This document shows positions 41,030 through 53,590 of a DNA stretch of 64,000 nucleotides, piece after piece (position 1 is the first letter of the stretch; each line of letters starts with the position of its first letter). The notes under the pieces were generated by a model that made no database searches, was not told the origin of the DNA, and was given only the letters and a program-made list of their open reading frames with translations. Both the position numbers and the translations under genes were made by a program. The stretch comes from Massalongia carnosa (taxonomy: Eukaryota). The stretch is taken from contig OZ287081.1 of the NCBI GenBank assembly GCA_965645245.1, forward strand, positions 868,001-932,000. The letters are read 5' to 3'.

Positions 41030-42629
41030 CTATTTCTCGCCCGCCGGCGCGCCTCTGGCCCCCCCACCGGCCACTTCCCGGCCCCTCAGCCGCTGGCCCT
41101 CGGCGGCCCAGACGGCCGCGCTACCAAACACGATGGCCGCGCCCAGCAAGACGCCCTCGGGCAAGCGGTTGCCGAAGAGCCAGATGCTGAGGAAGAGGCT
41201 GACGAGCTTGCGCACGTTAAGCACGATGGTGACGCCGAGGGCGGACGTTTTCGCGCTGAGGAGGTTGACGCCGCGGATGCAGACGTACTGCGTGAAGGCG
41301 TTCAGGGCGAGGAAGGCTAGGTGTTTTGGGATGGCGATGGACGAGGGCCAGGACGGGTGTAAGAGTATGGGGGGGAGTTGGGGGCTGGAAGGGGGAGGCG
41401 AGGAGGCGAGTAGGAGCGATGGGGCGTAGTGGAAGGGGGGATAGATGGAGATGGGCGGGGAGGAGACGAGGCGGTGGAATTCGGAGAGGAGGGAGGGGAG
41501 GAAGGGGAGGAAGAGAGGGAGGGAGAGGAAGTGGCTGTAGAAGAGGTTTTCGTGCCAGTGGGAGCCGTAGGCGGCGTAGGTAAGTTGGGTGTAGAGTCCC
41601 ATGATTGCAGAGAGCAGCTGCGCGAGAGCGAGGATCACGAGCCCGGTGATGAACGAGGGGTCGATGCTCGAGGTGCTGCTGGTGGATGTCGTTTTGCCCT
41701 GCGGAATGGCTGGGTGTGAGACTCTCATGACATTGCGACATGATAGAGAGAAGATGGGAATGTGGTGAGGGATATACCTTAGAGTGTGCATCTGCCATTG
41801 CAGCTGTGATTATGCCTGCAGTGAGCATGGCTACGCTCAGCACTTGGACACGGGTGTATCGCTTCCCCCAAGCGAAGCCTACAAGCATCGAGGTCACGCT
41901 ACCGCCGCTCCGAAGGATGATGTGGACCGGAACCGAGATGTTGTAACCGAACGCAAAGTTGTTGAGGAGGTTGACGGTAAAGAAGAGGGCGATGTTGGGG
42001 AGCCACCGAATTAGGGGTACGGCGCGGGGTTTGAGAAAATAGGGGGGGGAGGAGGCAGAGAAATGGGCCGGCCAGGTGAACAAAGCCGTGACGAGAAACT
42101 GAATGAACGTGATAAGAAGGCCTTGGGGAAGAGGTGCTTTAGAAAATTGAGGTCACGAATGGGAACAAAAGAAGGGCCCGTACCGCTGTTGGGTTCTTCT
42201 CTGGCAGACCCGAATCAGCGCAAGTGAGGAAGCAGGCTGAGTGCTTCAAGTACTCACTTCACTATCTTCTCCAAGGTAAATACCTGCGGCATTTCAGCAC
42301 CAGCAACAGCAACCCCATCAGCGGCACGACCAGCAAGCAGGAAAATATTAAGTAAACGCCCCGAGGGCACTAACGTTGGAGCAACATCCTCCAAATATGA
42401 ATCCCATCATAATCCCCCATGGCAAAAGGGCTGATAGTCCCGCACTTATCATTTTCTTGGTAGTATCTGAAGTTGCGAGTATCCTGGGGCTTCCATCAGA
42501 GTCAACCCGAGTTCCCACCCTCCTCGTGAGCGCACCGTTGATCGCGTCCGTTTCTTTGGCTGCCTTTTCGTCAAGAGCCGGCTTGGGGAGATTGCGTCGA
42601 CGAGAAACGTTGGCTTGCATCGAAGACAT
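41030..42629 (-). CDS. YEA4: UDP-N-acetylglucosamine transporter (UAA family)
   Basis: IFGGCCSNV; micro-exons give VFTLEKIVKEEPNSGLLITF; ISVPVHIILRSGG, WHENLFYSH, TQYVCIRGVN, LNVRKLVSL. Confidence 0.88.
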
Positions 42630-43366
42630 GTCTAGGCTATGCGCAAGTTGTACATGATATCTGATACATCTGTCAGCTGCTCCGAAGCCATTTGAACGTG
42701 TATCAGAGATGGAGCATAGGCAGAGTTTTGGCTACCTACGGCTACGTAATCCGCGAAGAAGGCGAGAGAAGAGGAAGTTATTATACAATCGATCAAGAGC
42801 GGCTTGAAGGTTTTCTTTGCATACAAAAAATCTAGATATTTGTTTATTCTATAATCGCGATCCCGCCGCAGCCCCTGATTGTAAGGCTGAGGCCAGGTAG
42901 ACTACAGAGTCCTCGTAACGGATAATACTCCAGACGTGGAAAGATTAACCCTCAAGCCGCAGCTTGTTAAGCTGACTTTTGTAATGAAATTGCATAGGTT
43001 TATGGCTGTTGGATGTGCTCAAGAAGATTTTAGTATTTCATCTACGCTGTGGTTGAGTCTACCCCTCCCGGAAGCGCCCGTTTATATTCATGCATCGTGT
43101 TCCTCCGCATCGATGAAGTTGAATATTCGCGGCGTAAGGGGCCTCAACGATGCCTCAAGACCCACAAGAGTCCTCCCTACGGCCAAGGCTCTCAATGCAA
43201 GCTGAGCGGCGCACAGTTCGCTTCTCAGTCCTGGGATGGTTCATGCCTACCATAATGAGTCTTAGCCGATCATCCAAGAAGGGGGGATGTCGCCATATCA
43301 AGCATTATAAAAATGCCTTTGGATGCACGTAACATCAAGCCGCAATCATATGAACCACTTTCTTGC

Positions 43367-45291
43367 TTACAATGCCGAAAACACGAAAAGCTGGAGAGGT
43401 TAGGTCAGTCCAAAGTTCACCAAGCATCAGAGCTTTGAAACGTACATTGTTCGTGGCCGCAATTGCTATACTATCCTCAAATGGATGCCAGCTCATATGC
43501 AGGATTTTCTTGTTGAAATCTATTTGATCGGCGTCCGTCTCTTTTCTCATCCTTCCACCTTGACCCCCTGCTCCGGCTGCTGGGCTACCCGCTCTTGACG
43601 TTCCCTTTTTGCTCGACGGCCCGTTAGGGGGGCTTGTTGCCGAATTGATCGGAGTTGGGATCCCGACTTTTTTTGCTTTGAATGCCGACTTATCGGCTTG
43701 TAGCACAACTTCCATCTCCTTTTCGGGATCCGCAGGATAAATCATGAAATTATTGTTATAGCTCCCGGTCATAACATTCTTTGCATCACCAGAGAACACG
43801 ACTTCAAACTTGTCGAATATACTATCATTTTCGTAGGTGTCGCACAGCCGGGGACGTAGATGCTCATGGATTGGAATGGTCTTCACAGGGGTCCGCTCCA
43901 TGTTGACATCCCATATTTTGACAGTAAGATAATCCCGGGAGAGAATGTACCGGCCATCATGAGAGAATCGTACGTCAGATATGGAAGAGATTATTTCAGA
44001 GAAGAATGAGCGCGACGAGGGGTCTTCTTCTTGTTCGAACTCTGTGAATAGGGTATTAGCTGCCTGCTGGAAAGGCATTGTAATCATTAACATACGTTTG
44101 GAGTGTTGATCACACAGGGCACTTGCTCTCATATCTGCCAACTTGATGGTTCCTTTCGAGCTTGCATACATAAACCAATTACAACTCTGGGGATGGAATT
44201 CAGCAGCAGTGATCACCTCAGTCAATTCCTCCATATTTGCGGGCTTGATATCAACAATGTTGAAACTCTGATCCTGGATATTGAGATTCCATAAATTTAT
44301 TCGAAGATCGTCGCTGCTTATGAAGGTCTCTCCATCACTGTTGACCGATATGCTGTTAATATGATATGCGTGCGCGTTGGCGTAAGTTCGACGAGGGACG
44401 GCAGCCACGACAGTGTCATGATGAGTAAGTCGCGGAAGCTTTAGAGATGAAGAATCTTGAAATGAGACGTTAGGATTAGGACGTGGAGGGCCGCCCCCAC
44501 CACCGAGAGCCCCTCCTGGCGTGAGATCGTGGGAAAGATTGTTTTCAGCCACCACCTTTAACGACTTCTCGAATACTTTCCAAAGCTTGATTGTCTTGTC
44601 GTTTGTCGAAAGGAGATAGTGCGAGGCGTTCTGTCTTCGACACCATTTGATTTTATTTATCTTCTCCTCAATTTCGAGTGACTTCAGATAATCAAATTCG
44701 GGCTCATGGGATTGGAACTCGGTATGAAATTTGTATTCACAGGTTTTCTTCTGCTCTAACGTCAGCTACATCTCGAGGTTGCTAGTTTCTGTTTTCGGGT
44801 CTGAAATGTTAGGAATCGCAGACCCCGTCGCTCACCGTCTCGTTTCGTTCAAATAGCACTACCCGTCCTCCCTTATCACCAGTCGCTAGGTAATTTCCAG
44901 TGTGATCAAACTCAACCGTTGATATGATATCGGCTATGGCATAGCACTATCAGCAAGGGACCATAAGATTCAAAGGCGGTAGCCTCGATGGCTAACCTTC
45001 GGTAATATCTTCCACGTCTCCCTTATCGCCAAAGCATCTAGAACAAGGTTTTAGCCAATGCACTAAGCCTGTCGCATGCGCCTCCTCCGGGGTCATTTCT
45101 TCCATCGTTCATCAAAGCATTGTAGGGAAGATTCAAGGTAAACCCGAGGCAAATATAATATCGCGACACATGTAGCAAAGATTGACTGGTAAAGCAGCTT
45201 CCCGTAATGTTTTCCTGCTTCACTGACACGTAAGGAGAGTAACGCACTGGGTAAATTTCCATGTTGGCGGGCTCGGTTCTTCTGCCACCAT
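43367..45291 (-). CDS. CDC55: PP2A regulatory subunit B55 (WD40)
   Basis: Spliced [64 protein letters not shown]; last exon LFVFSAL-TAA. Confidence 0.95.
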
Positions 45292-46355
45292 TTTCACAGA
45301 TATTCGGTCAGAACCCACCCACTCCACACAAATATGTGCAGTGAGCGCTGCAAACGTGAAGGCTCGTACTCCTCGTATTTAGAAATGAACCCAAGGCGTC
45401 GCCGATCAATGAATATGGTTCCAGAAAGAGCGGATGCACCTGGAGTGGAAAGAGGATAAGGGAGAGAGATTTCTAAGTAAGCAGTTTGGGGTTGGGTCAC
45501 AGTTGGGCAGCAGTTGTTTATGCGAGTCTCTTCAGAGGACGGGAATAACGGGTTGGATCAGGCTGTTGTGGGGAAGGAGGTTAGAGGCAAACAAGGCGAG
45601 CTCGCGAGATCCTGCAGAGTGACTCTGTAAGGTACCTTGCCTTATCTAAGTCAGTAGTACTAAGTTAAGGCATGTGCGGCGAATGCGGTTTCAGAGGGAT
45701 TAGGTGAGCGTGTGGCGTAACCAGCGTGGCGCTACTAGTCCACTTCCATGCTTTCCGCCATATCCGAGGCTGTGACCTCCATTTTGATACATCGTGCCCG
45801 GCTTTTGCGTGTTGAGTTCTTCTCGTTCAAACATCAACCTGATGTAATAAGCTAGGAAAGTAGACAAGGACTTTATCGTCTCTTTCATCTTGTCTCAGCT
45901 ATTGAGTCTTAACCCGTGATAGGTATTCAACTGGGCTTGATCCCTCCTCAAAATCTACAAGTCTTTCCTTAATCAAAGGCATTCAAGTTGCAGAGATGGA
46001 TTAAACACGATCACTTAAGGCGCCTTGTCTATAGAGAGTAGATCCATTCAATTCTGTCAACATTATTACACGCATCAGGCTCTTATAGAAGCCATGCGAG
46101 CACTAATTGGTTACTCAATTCACACAAGTACTAGGAGGAAGACACCTGATCAATTGCGTCTAGTTTAGAATTTACTTTACCACCCTCGTTTATTATTTCG
46201 TTCAACTAAACTTCCTTTTTTACTTGTTTAACATCTGGTAGGAAATAGGTGAGAATATTCTTGATTGATGTGTGCTCCGCTCGACACTAGTTGAGCGTCA
46301 ATACAAAGTAATTGATTGAACAAGAATCTTGTATACTGGCCAGGAATCATCCCTC

Positions 46356-47393
46356 ATGAATCATCCCAACAGGTCGAGTTCGAATCGTGCGGTCGATCAG
46401 GATGGAAGCAAATCTGAATCTCTGACGGCACGCGCCAAAGCATCGGCCCTGGAATTGGTCAAGAACTCTTTGTTACGACCAGTCCCACACTCTGCAACTT
46501 GCTCGTTAACCTTACTTGGTGGAGTTAGTAGCAAGGGAGGATCGGCATCATCTTCCACAAATCCTTCAGGACAAAACTCATTCTCAGAAAGCTATTCTTT
46601 GTCAAAATCGTCCCTTACACATGAGCAACATGACTGGAGCCAAAGAAGAGAACTGGAGTTTATCCGGCCACAGAAGATGAATGGCTCAGGAACTTCCGAG
46701 CGGCCTGTTCTCGAGGATTTGGTGACTATCCCTGCTGATTCACCCCAGGCTTTTTCTCAGCTCAGCTCGTACATAGCTCTAGAAGGCCAGTTTGATCAGT
46801 CCCTGTATATATTTGACCGCTTTGGATTAAAGGATGATGAGCTTGATACACTCCCACCATCTAAGTTAGAATCCTCTTGGGGTCGTATGTTCAGACAGCC
46901 GAATAACGCCTATTTAGACGGGACGGCTGTTGTTGCTCTACTTTCTGATCCAGCGTTTTCTCCGGGTGATGAAACTGATGACCTACTACCTTTCCAGAAT
47001 GGAAACATCATGCAACAAGATGAAGAGACGCCACAATCACGCTCGCCATTTGACTCGGCTGATTTCTTTTCCATGTCCCCTCGCCGAAACATGAATAACA
47101 TCGCTTCCGAGGCCGTACTCCCAACAGCTTTGGATAAAAGTCTGCACGAAGCATTTGTCTCCAAACTCAAGCCTAGCGATCCAAAAATGGAAGACAGCAA
47201 TTCTGGATTCTGGCTTGATTATCTTAGGGGTTATCAAGACGAAGTTTGGGGATATGTCTTGCCCTCACTTTCGAAGGCTCATCAGAATAGGAAGGCGACT
47301 GAAGGGGGTAACGAAAGTACTGCCAAGGACCAAACCATCGTTAAACGACTCGCAATGATATTAAGACATATCGGTCATACGATACAACGATAG
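46356..47393 (+). CDS. Hypothetical fungal protein, single exon
   Basis: 345-codon ATG-started ORF containing DGTAVVALLSDP, YQDEVWG and RLAMILRH blocks; divergent from CDC55. Confidence 0.6.
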   Translation: MNHPNRSSSNRAVDQDGSKSESLTARAKASALELVKNSLLRPVPHSATCSLTLLGGVSSKGGSASSSTNPSGQNSFSESYSLSKSSLTHEQHDWSQRRELEFIRPQKMNGSGTSERPVLEDLVTIPADSPQAFSQLSSYIALEGQFDQSLYIFDRFGLKDDELDTLPPSKLESSWGRMFRQPNNAYLDGTAVVALLSDPAFSPGDETDDLLPFQNGNIMQQDEETPQSRSPFDSADFFSMSPRRNMNNIASEAVLPTALDKSLHEAFVSKLKPSDPKMEDSNSGFWLDYLRGYQDEVWGYVLPSLSKAHQNRKATEGGNESTAKDQTIVKRLAMILRHIGHTIQR

Positions 47394-47837
47394 AAGAAGC
47401 AATTTCCGGCCAACCTTGAGGACTCTCATCTACGATATGATAGTCGGGTATGAAATATTGGGGGGAGGCTTAGCTCGGCTTGGATCAGCTCAAACTGGGT
47501 AGTGGCATACGTACGGCATCTGAGACTCGGCCATGCTAGTGCCGGGGGTTTAATAGAAGCCCTAGACCTGAAAAGGGGGTACTGGGATGTGTTGCGCTGG
47601 TTAAGGAGCATTCCAAAGGCAATGAGAAAGGGCTATATGTGGTAAGGGATGAGAAACCGCTCTTTATAGGAATGAAGTTATGGAAGATTGAATAACTGAA
47701 GAAGGAAAGAAATGAGCATGATTAGAGACTATATGTCCACCGGAAGTATTAGACGTAAAGTGGTCCCGTTGTGACGGAAATGTCAAAAGCGATTAGCAAA
47801 CACTGCCAAGACTTTCACTCAAAACTAGTCGATTTCC

Positions 47838-48999
47838 TTACTCCAATATCGGCCACTCCTTCATAACCTTCAAAGCCCGTTCATACGTCCACATTGTAAT
47901 CGCGCTGGCCGGCGCCGACTTGACCAGGCTCACACTCAGGCCCCGATACAACCCCCTCCATCCTTCCGCCACCACGATCGCCGTCCCCGTCCCCCATACG
48001 CTTTTGCCGTAAACGGGTATCGTGCCGCTGGCGTATCGCCCCAGCATGGGTCCCTGCACCTGCAGCCGTTTCCGGATCACATCCAGGGGAAACACCCCGG
48101 TTTTTGCGACCAAACTGGCCAGCACGCCGGCCGCGGCATCCCCGGAACCGAACGGGAGAGCGAGATTCGCTAGCGGCGGACGGAGAGTCTCGTAGACGCT
48201 GAAGAACAGTCCCATATACGGCACCACCTGACCCACCCCGGCCCCTAACCCCTGGAAAAACCCTCGGAATCCCTCATCCCTTGCGATATCGCGGATGCTG
48301 CCGCGCAGGCTTGCATACACCCTATCGATGCCTTGCGCGGCGAAGCGGGTCCGTAGGAGGTCTAGAGGATAGGTGAAGGTTGTGGCCACCGCACCTGCTA
48401 ATGCCCCGGCGATGAAAGTCTCCGAGGCGCTGGGGAGCGCGAGCGGCTGCAGCGTCTGGGTGGTGAACCGATACGCAGAGAACTGGATGGAGCCGTAGGT
48501 GATGTAGAGCAGCTCGGCGGGAATGTTACCTTTCCAGAAACTCTAGGGAAACTCGAATGCTTAGCCGCGTTGCGCCATCCAAAGGCCGCCACGAAGGCGC
48601 GTCTCATGTTTGGATGGGTTTACCGTGATTCCCTCGTCATGCAGGATTGCCTTGAAAGTGTTTACGGTTCCCCGCTGTGCCTGGCCTGCAACGCTGCTCC
48701 CGGCAGGCGAGCCCCCCAACGAGGTACTTTGCAACTGAAGCCGAATCTTCAGCACGTCCAGCGGCGCAATGCAGAATCTTGCGGTGGAAAGGAAATCAGC
48801 GCGAGGAAGGCAGTGGAGGTTTTCTGGGAGCCAGGGGAGTTTTGCGCACCGTGAGATCAGACCGGCGACTGCTCCTGCGACGAGCACCTGCTGTCTCGAG
48901 CCCTGGGATCACGTTTGAGTACGCGCATTTTCACGGTGGGGGGCAGGTTCTTTCGATGCGGCAAACCTCATCTTTGAGATGCTCCCCGCCTCCCGACAT
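47838..48999 (-). CDS. TPC1: Mitochondrial thiamine pyrophosphate carrier
   Basis: [22 protein letters not shown]; carrier motifs [41 protein letters not shown]; three introns. Confidence 0.87.
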
Positions 49000-49279
49000 C
49001 CATCTGCTACTTCGTTTGATTCCTCGGACAAATGGACATGCGGAGTGTTGGATCCGTGAGTCTTGTAAATGTGAACATGCGGTATCCGGACGGAGTGTCG
49101 GATTTTGATAGTTAAACTGAACTCCCTAGCGCTGAGCATTTATGTTCCTCATCGATGTCAAAACAAACAACACAATGGAATTTTTGAGCTTTACTCTATT
49201 GTAAGAATTGTATTTTTGGGGGAGGGTTAAGTGTTTTGGTGTAGAGTACCCTGTCACGCTTGTATGTACCGAGACACTA

Positions 49280-51152
49280 CGGAGGCGAATCTCAAAAGTA
49301 ATGATAATACGCTAAAAGCTAGTGCCGTAATTTAAATTTTCCGTACCGAGCAAATTTTCCCCTTTTCTTTTCCCTTTTCTTTCCCCTTTTCTCATCCCAA
49401 ATCATTTACGAACCAACATTTGATCAAATCATCATCATGGTCAATAAATCAGCTGATATTTCTTTGCGGGCTCAGGTCTTGACGTTGTCTTATTGCACCC
49501 CGGCCTCAATTGAATTTATTGCAGCTACTACAGGTTATTCTGTCCCCAACATTTATCGTATTCGTCGCATTGCCAGGGATCGAGGATTTGATCCCGCCAT
49601 TTCTTTGCAGGTGCTTGATAAATACGCCCGTCATGAAGAAAAATCTGGTCGACCGAGAAAGGCTACTACTGAGAAAGAAGATGAAGTCATTGATCTAGTC
49701 ATAAAAGACAGATACACCCGTGAAAAAACCAGTGCCCAGTTGGCAAGGGAAGTTGGACTGTCCAGATGCACCGTGTGGAGAATCCTGAAACAAAGAGGCT
49801 ATAAAAAAGTCAAACCGTCGTATAGACCAGGGCTTACTCCTGAAATGAAAGCGGCTAGACTGGCTTTTGTCTCCTGTATAAAGACTGGACCGTGGAGGAT
49901 TGGAAGCGGGTTATTTGGTCAGATGAAACAGCAATAGTGCTTGGTCACCGTCGCGGAGCTGTCAAAATTTGGCGTACAACCAAGGAAGGAAGAAGACCAG
50001 TCAAATCCACCGTACGTGCCAGGTGGCATGGGGCTCATGAATTCATGTTTTGGGGATGCTTTTCCTACGATTGGAAGGGGCCATGTCATTGCTGGAAACC
50101 GGAGACAAAAGCGGAAAAAGCGGAAGCCAAAACCAAGCTTGACGAGATGAATGCTGCATTGGAAGCCAGTGAGAGATTAAATTGGGAGCTGACCAATGGA
50201 ATGAGACGTCTTTCAACTCGCAATTTACCAGGAAAAAAGCCGCAATGGAAATGGGATGAGGAACATGGAAAGATGATCAGAAAAGAAGGTAAAGGAGGCA
50301 TTGATTGGTGGCGGGATCAAAACGTCATAGTTCTGCCAAAACTGATTCCTTTTGCTCAGCAATGCAATGCAAACAGAAGAGAAGCCGGACTGTCTGAAAT
50401 GATCGTACAGGAAGATAAGGCTCCGTCTCATGCTTCCAAGCATCAGATTCCCATCTTCTCTCGTCATGGCATCGAGCGTCTTTTATGGCCCGGAAATTCT
50501 CCTGATCTCAACATGATTGAACCCTGCTGGCCCTGGATGAAGCGACGTACAACTGCCAAAGGTCCTCCTAGTTCTCGGTTAATTGCTGAATCTATGTGGC
50601 ATCGCACTTGGGACGATCTACCTCAGGAGAATATTCAGGCATGGATTGAAAGAATTCCACGTCACATTGCAAAAGTCATTGAATTGGAAGGTGGAAATGA
50701 GTATTGCGAAGGACGTTAGTACGTTGATGGACGGACCAAAGAAGGAAAAATGCGACTTCAACAGCTGAGGGAAGAATTGCTCAGTAATACAGCAAAACCA
50801 GCTTCTTCTTCTTCTTCTTCTGTGGCGTCAACGAGACCATCATCCAGACAATCAAATGATGATACACCCAGCCCGTTGAATGTCAGGGCAGTTACCCCTG
50901 AGCCCCCTACACAGAAGCCATTGACACCCCCCTTATTGAGAAAAAGAGCCGTTTTATCTCCGAAAAATCACCTTCCCCCACGCATTCAGAAGGTTATTCG
51001 TACTGCAGCCAGTTTCAGACCAAAAAGACGTTGATTAGATGGTTGGTAATGGCATTTGTAGATAGTTGGTAGAATTTCAGGCTCGGTATGGAAAATATAA
51101 ATTACGGCGCTAGTCTTTAGCGTATTATCAATACTTTTGAGATTCGCCTCTG
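49280..51152 (+). mobile_element. Tc1-type DD34E transposon (element Tc1-A) with 72-bp TIRs
   Basis: TIRs 49280-49351 and 51081-51152 (C[GA]GAGGCGAATCTCAAAAGTA...); TA on the left flank, TT on the right. Confidence 0.9.
49437..51034 (+). pseudogene. Tc1 transposase with a 1-nt frameshift (~49865) and an in-frame TAG (50717-50719) followed by an open extension
   Basis: HTH with SGRPRK; WSDE, QEDKA and SPDLNMIE give DD34E spacing. Confidence 0.85.
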
Positions 51153-51171
51153 TTCATAACTATACCTATTA

Positions 51172-51209
51172 ATTGTGCTAAACCACTTTCGGAATGGAAG
51201 AGCATCCCT
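51172..51209 (+). mobile_element. Outer half of an older, mutated Fot1/pogo family-B TIR; its inner half resumes at 58377-58432
   Basis: ATTGTGCTAAACCACTTTCGGAATGGAAGAGCATCCCT is a degenerate copy of the TIR starting at 51212. Confidence 0.8.
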
Positions 51210-51332
51210 TAATCGTGCTAGACCACTTTCGGAATGCAGAGAGCACCCCTCGGCTTAAAGACTCTACCGGCTCAAAGACGCTTTTTCAACATTTTACATC
51301 TCAACGTCGACACGTCAACAATCAACAACATA

Positions 51333-51932
51333 ATGGTCAATTCATATTCAGCTATCGAGGATCGAATTGACAGTGCAATTGACGCGTTACACGATGGTTT
51401 ATATACTAATTTTCGAGCTGCAGCCATAGCTTTTGACGTTGCCCCTCGTACGGTTCAAAAACGATGGAATGGAGGCAACTCCAAAAGCAGTCGACCTAGT
51501 ACCAACAAAGCTCTGACGGATGACCAAGAACTAGCTGTTCGTGACTACATCGAGCGATTGGACAAGGCCAACATGTGTGCGCGACCCAAATTGATCGTGG
51601 GGGCTGCAAATTATCTGATTCGTTTTGAGAATCGTACTCTTGGTCATCAGTGGCTGAAGCGATTTCTTGATCGAAATCCCGAGTTTCATGTACGAAAACA
51701 GAAGCCTCTCGCGGTCGATCGAAAACATAGTCACGACGTTAACGATATGGTTGAATATTTCAGCAAATTAGAAAGGGTGATAAGGGAAAAGGGAATAACG
51801 GAGCTGGATGTATGGAATATGGACGAAACAGGCTTTCGAATTGGATGCGGACGAGCTCAAATAGTAATTACCTTGGACCCACGAAAGCCTCTTCGTATGA
51901 CTGATCCGGATAATCGTGACTACATTACTTCT
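51333..51932 (+). pseudogene. 5' part of the element-B pogo/Fot1 transposase; C-terminal remnants at ~55109-55205 and ~58055-58190
   Basis: HTH_psq/CENP-B-like N-terminus, WLKRFLDRNP, VWNMDETGFRIG, NRDYITS, then an abrupt switch into a minisatellite. Confidence 0.85.
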
Positions 51933-52160
51933 ATGATCAAAAGGTGATATGAGGGGTGGACAAAATGTGGCCTGACAGGTGGACAAAAGGTGGTCTAGAT
52001 GATACAGTACTAGGCCAAAAGTCTGCGGCCCCGCACCCCACCAACATTTCAATCATTCTATTCAATCAACAATCAACCACGTCACGATTGCTGAAATGTC
52101 TTGAAACTTTACATAATGATTACATACATACTAAACAAGAATTCCCCCAAAAATTGATTT

Positions 52161-53590
52161 TTAATATTTAGTATACCATCCTTCCGATGCTATACACGCT
52201 TTTATCCTCCTATTTATGCTCTCTATTAACCTCCTCATCATTTTCACATCTATCAACGTCTAGGCTTCTTCTAACGCTTTCCAAAGTAACTCACGAACAG
52301 TTTCATCACTGCCGATCACCAAATCTATGTTCGGGTTGACTTGATAGACGAGCTTTTTGAGCACATACCAAACGTGCTCGATGGGATTTAAATCAGGTGA
52401 ATAGGGGGGCCAATCGATGACCTCTATGCCGTTCTCATTGAACCATTCCATCACCTTTTTAGCCTTATGTATAGGTGCGTTATCCTGCATGAAAATGAGT
52501 CCCGGTTGCCAAATTCCAAGCAGATTATCGTTCAATAATTCCATATATGAGTTCGCCGAGTACCCCATCTTCTTCGCAGCAAAATAACGAGCCAATTTGT
52601 AAAGAGCTGACCTGTCATCTCCCCAAAAAGCTGCCTAGACCATGACACTGACTCCTTTGCCTTTGGGGACAGGTTGTATCATCTCTTTATTCCATTTTTC
52701 TTTCGGCAATCTGAACACCCACTGACGCTGTTTTCCTGACCCCTTTTCCACTGAGCACTCATCTGACCATATAACTCTTGACTACTGCTCAAAAGTCCAC
52801 TCTGTTGTAATGTGCAAAGTCACCCGGCTGATGCCTAGTAAAGTGTTCAGAGTCACATAGTACCGCATTGGGATTAGTGCGTTGGTAAGAATATTAGGCA
52901 ACACATAACGACCTCGAGAAGCACCGCAAAACTTCTATGAACATTCCCATCGAGTCATAAATTGGATATGAGTCAAGCACCAATCTTAGATTTCTAGGAA
53001 GCAGGAAGGTGAGTCATAGGGAGAACGGTTTTCGGCATGTTTTTCTATCTATATAAACACGGTCCTTAGATAGGTAGATAGAAAAATCAATCGTTTCAAA
53101 AGTGAGCTTTTTACTACGCCAGCAGAGCTTCAATTACAATACACTCACGCCGCAGCAAGCACCAATCCAATCGTTTCTTGGCCACCTCAGGCGTCAATAA
53201 AGGTCGTTTTTTAGCCACCCAGTTGGTTAAACCATACAGTTTGAGTGCCCGATAAATAGTCGGACGACTGCAGCCGAGCCCCACTTCTAGTTTGATTTGT
53301 GCATAAGTGATTCGTGGATTGATTCGTGCATGCTTGATGATATAACGTCGATCGCGTTCTGATAGCACTTCAGGCCGTCCAGAACGTGATTTAGACACGC
53401 CGTCGTTGCGAATTGAGTGCTTCTGAATGGTGCTCTGCACGGTCGATTTAGTGAAATTAAGAGTCTTCCCAATCTCGGTCGGTGTGTGCCCCAACGCCTG
53501 GGCCCCAACAATCATACCACGTTGATATGGCGTCAATTCAGTATTACGAGGCCGATTACCACTTATGGGGGTCAAAGAAGCACGAAGCAT
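52161..53590 (-). pseudogene. Tc1-B transposase, interrupted by a solo LTR and three TAG stops
   Basis: ELTPYQRG..RSGRP HTH, IWSDECSV, QDNAPIH and WPPYSPDLNPIE (DD34E); stops at 52782-84, 52635-37 and 52260-62. Confidence 0.9.
52803..53141. mobile_element. Solo LTR (339 bp) with a 5-bp CACTC TSD
   Basis: CACTC|TGTTGTAA ... TTACAATA|CACTC; removing it restores the Tc1-B frame LLRREWTFEQ. Confidence 0.88.

Noticed and set aside
45038..45262. 74-aa ORF or snoRNA in the long first intron of CDC55
   Set aside because: The ORF is out of frame with the conserved CDC55 start; a TGATGA-like box has no matching CTGA box D or terminal stem
48543..48623. TPP riboswitch in a TPC1 intron
   Set aside because: Lacks the CUGAGA and downstream conserved aptamer motifs; kept only as a structured-intron note
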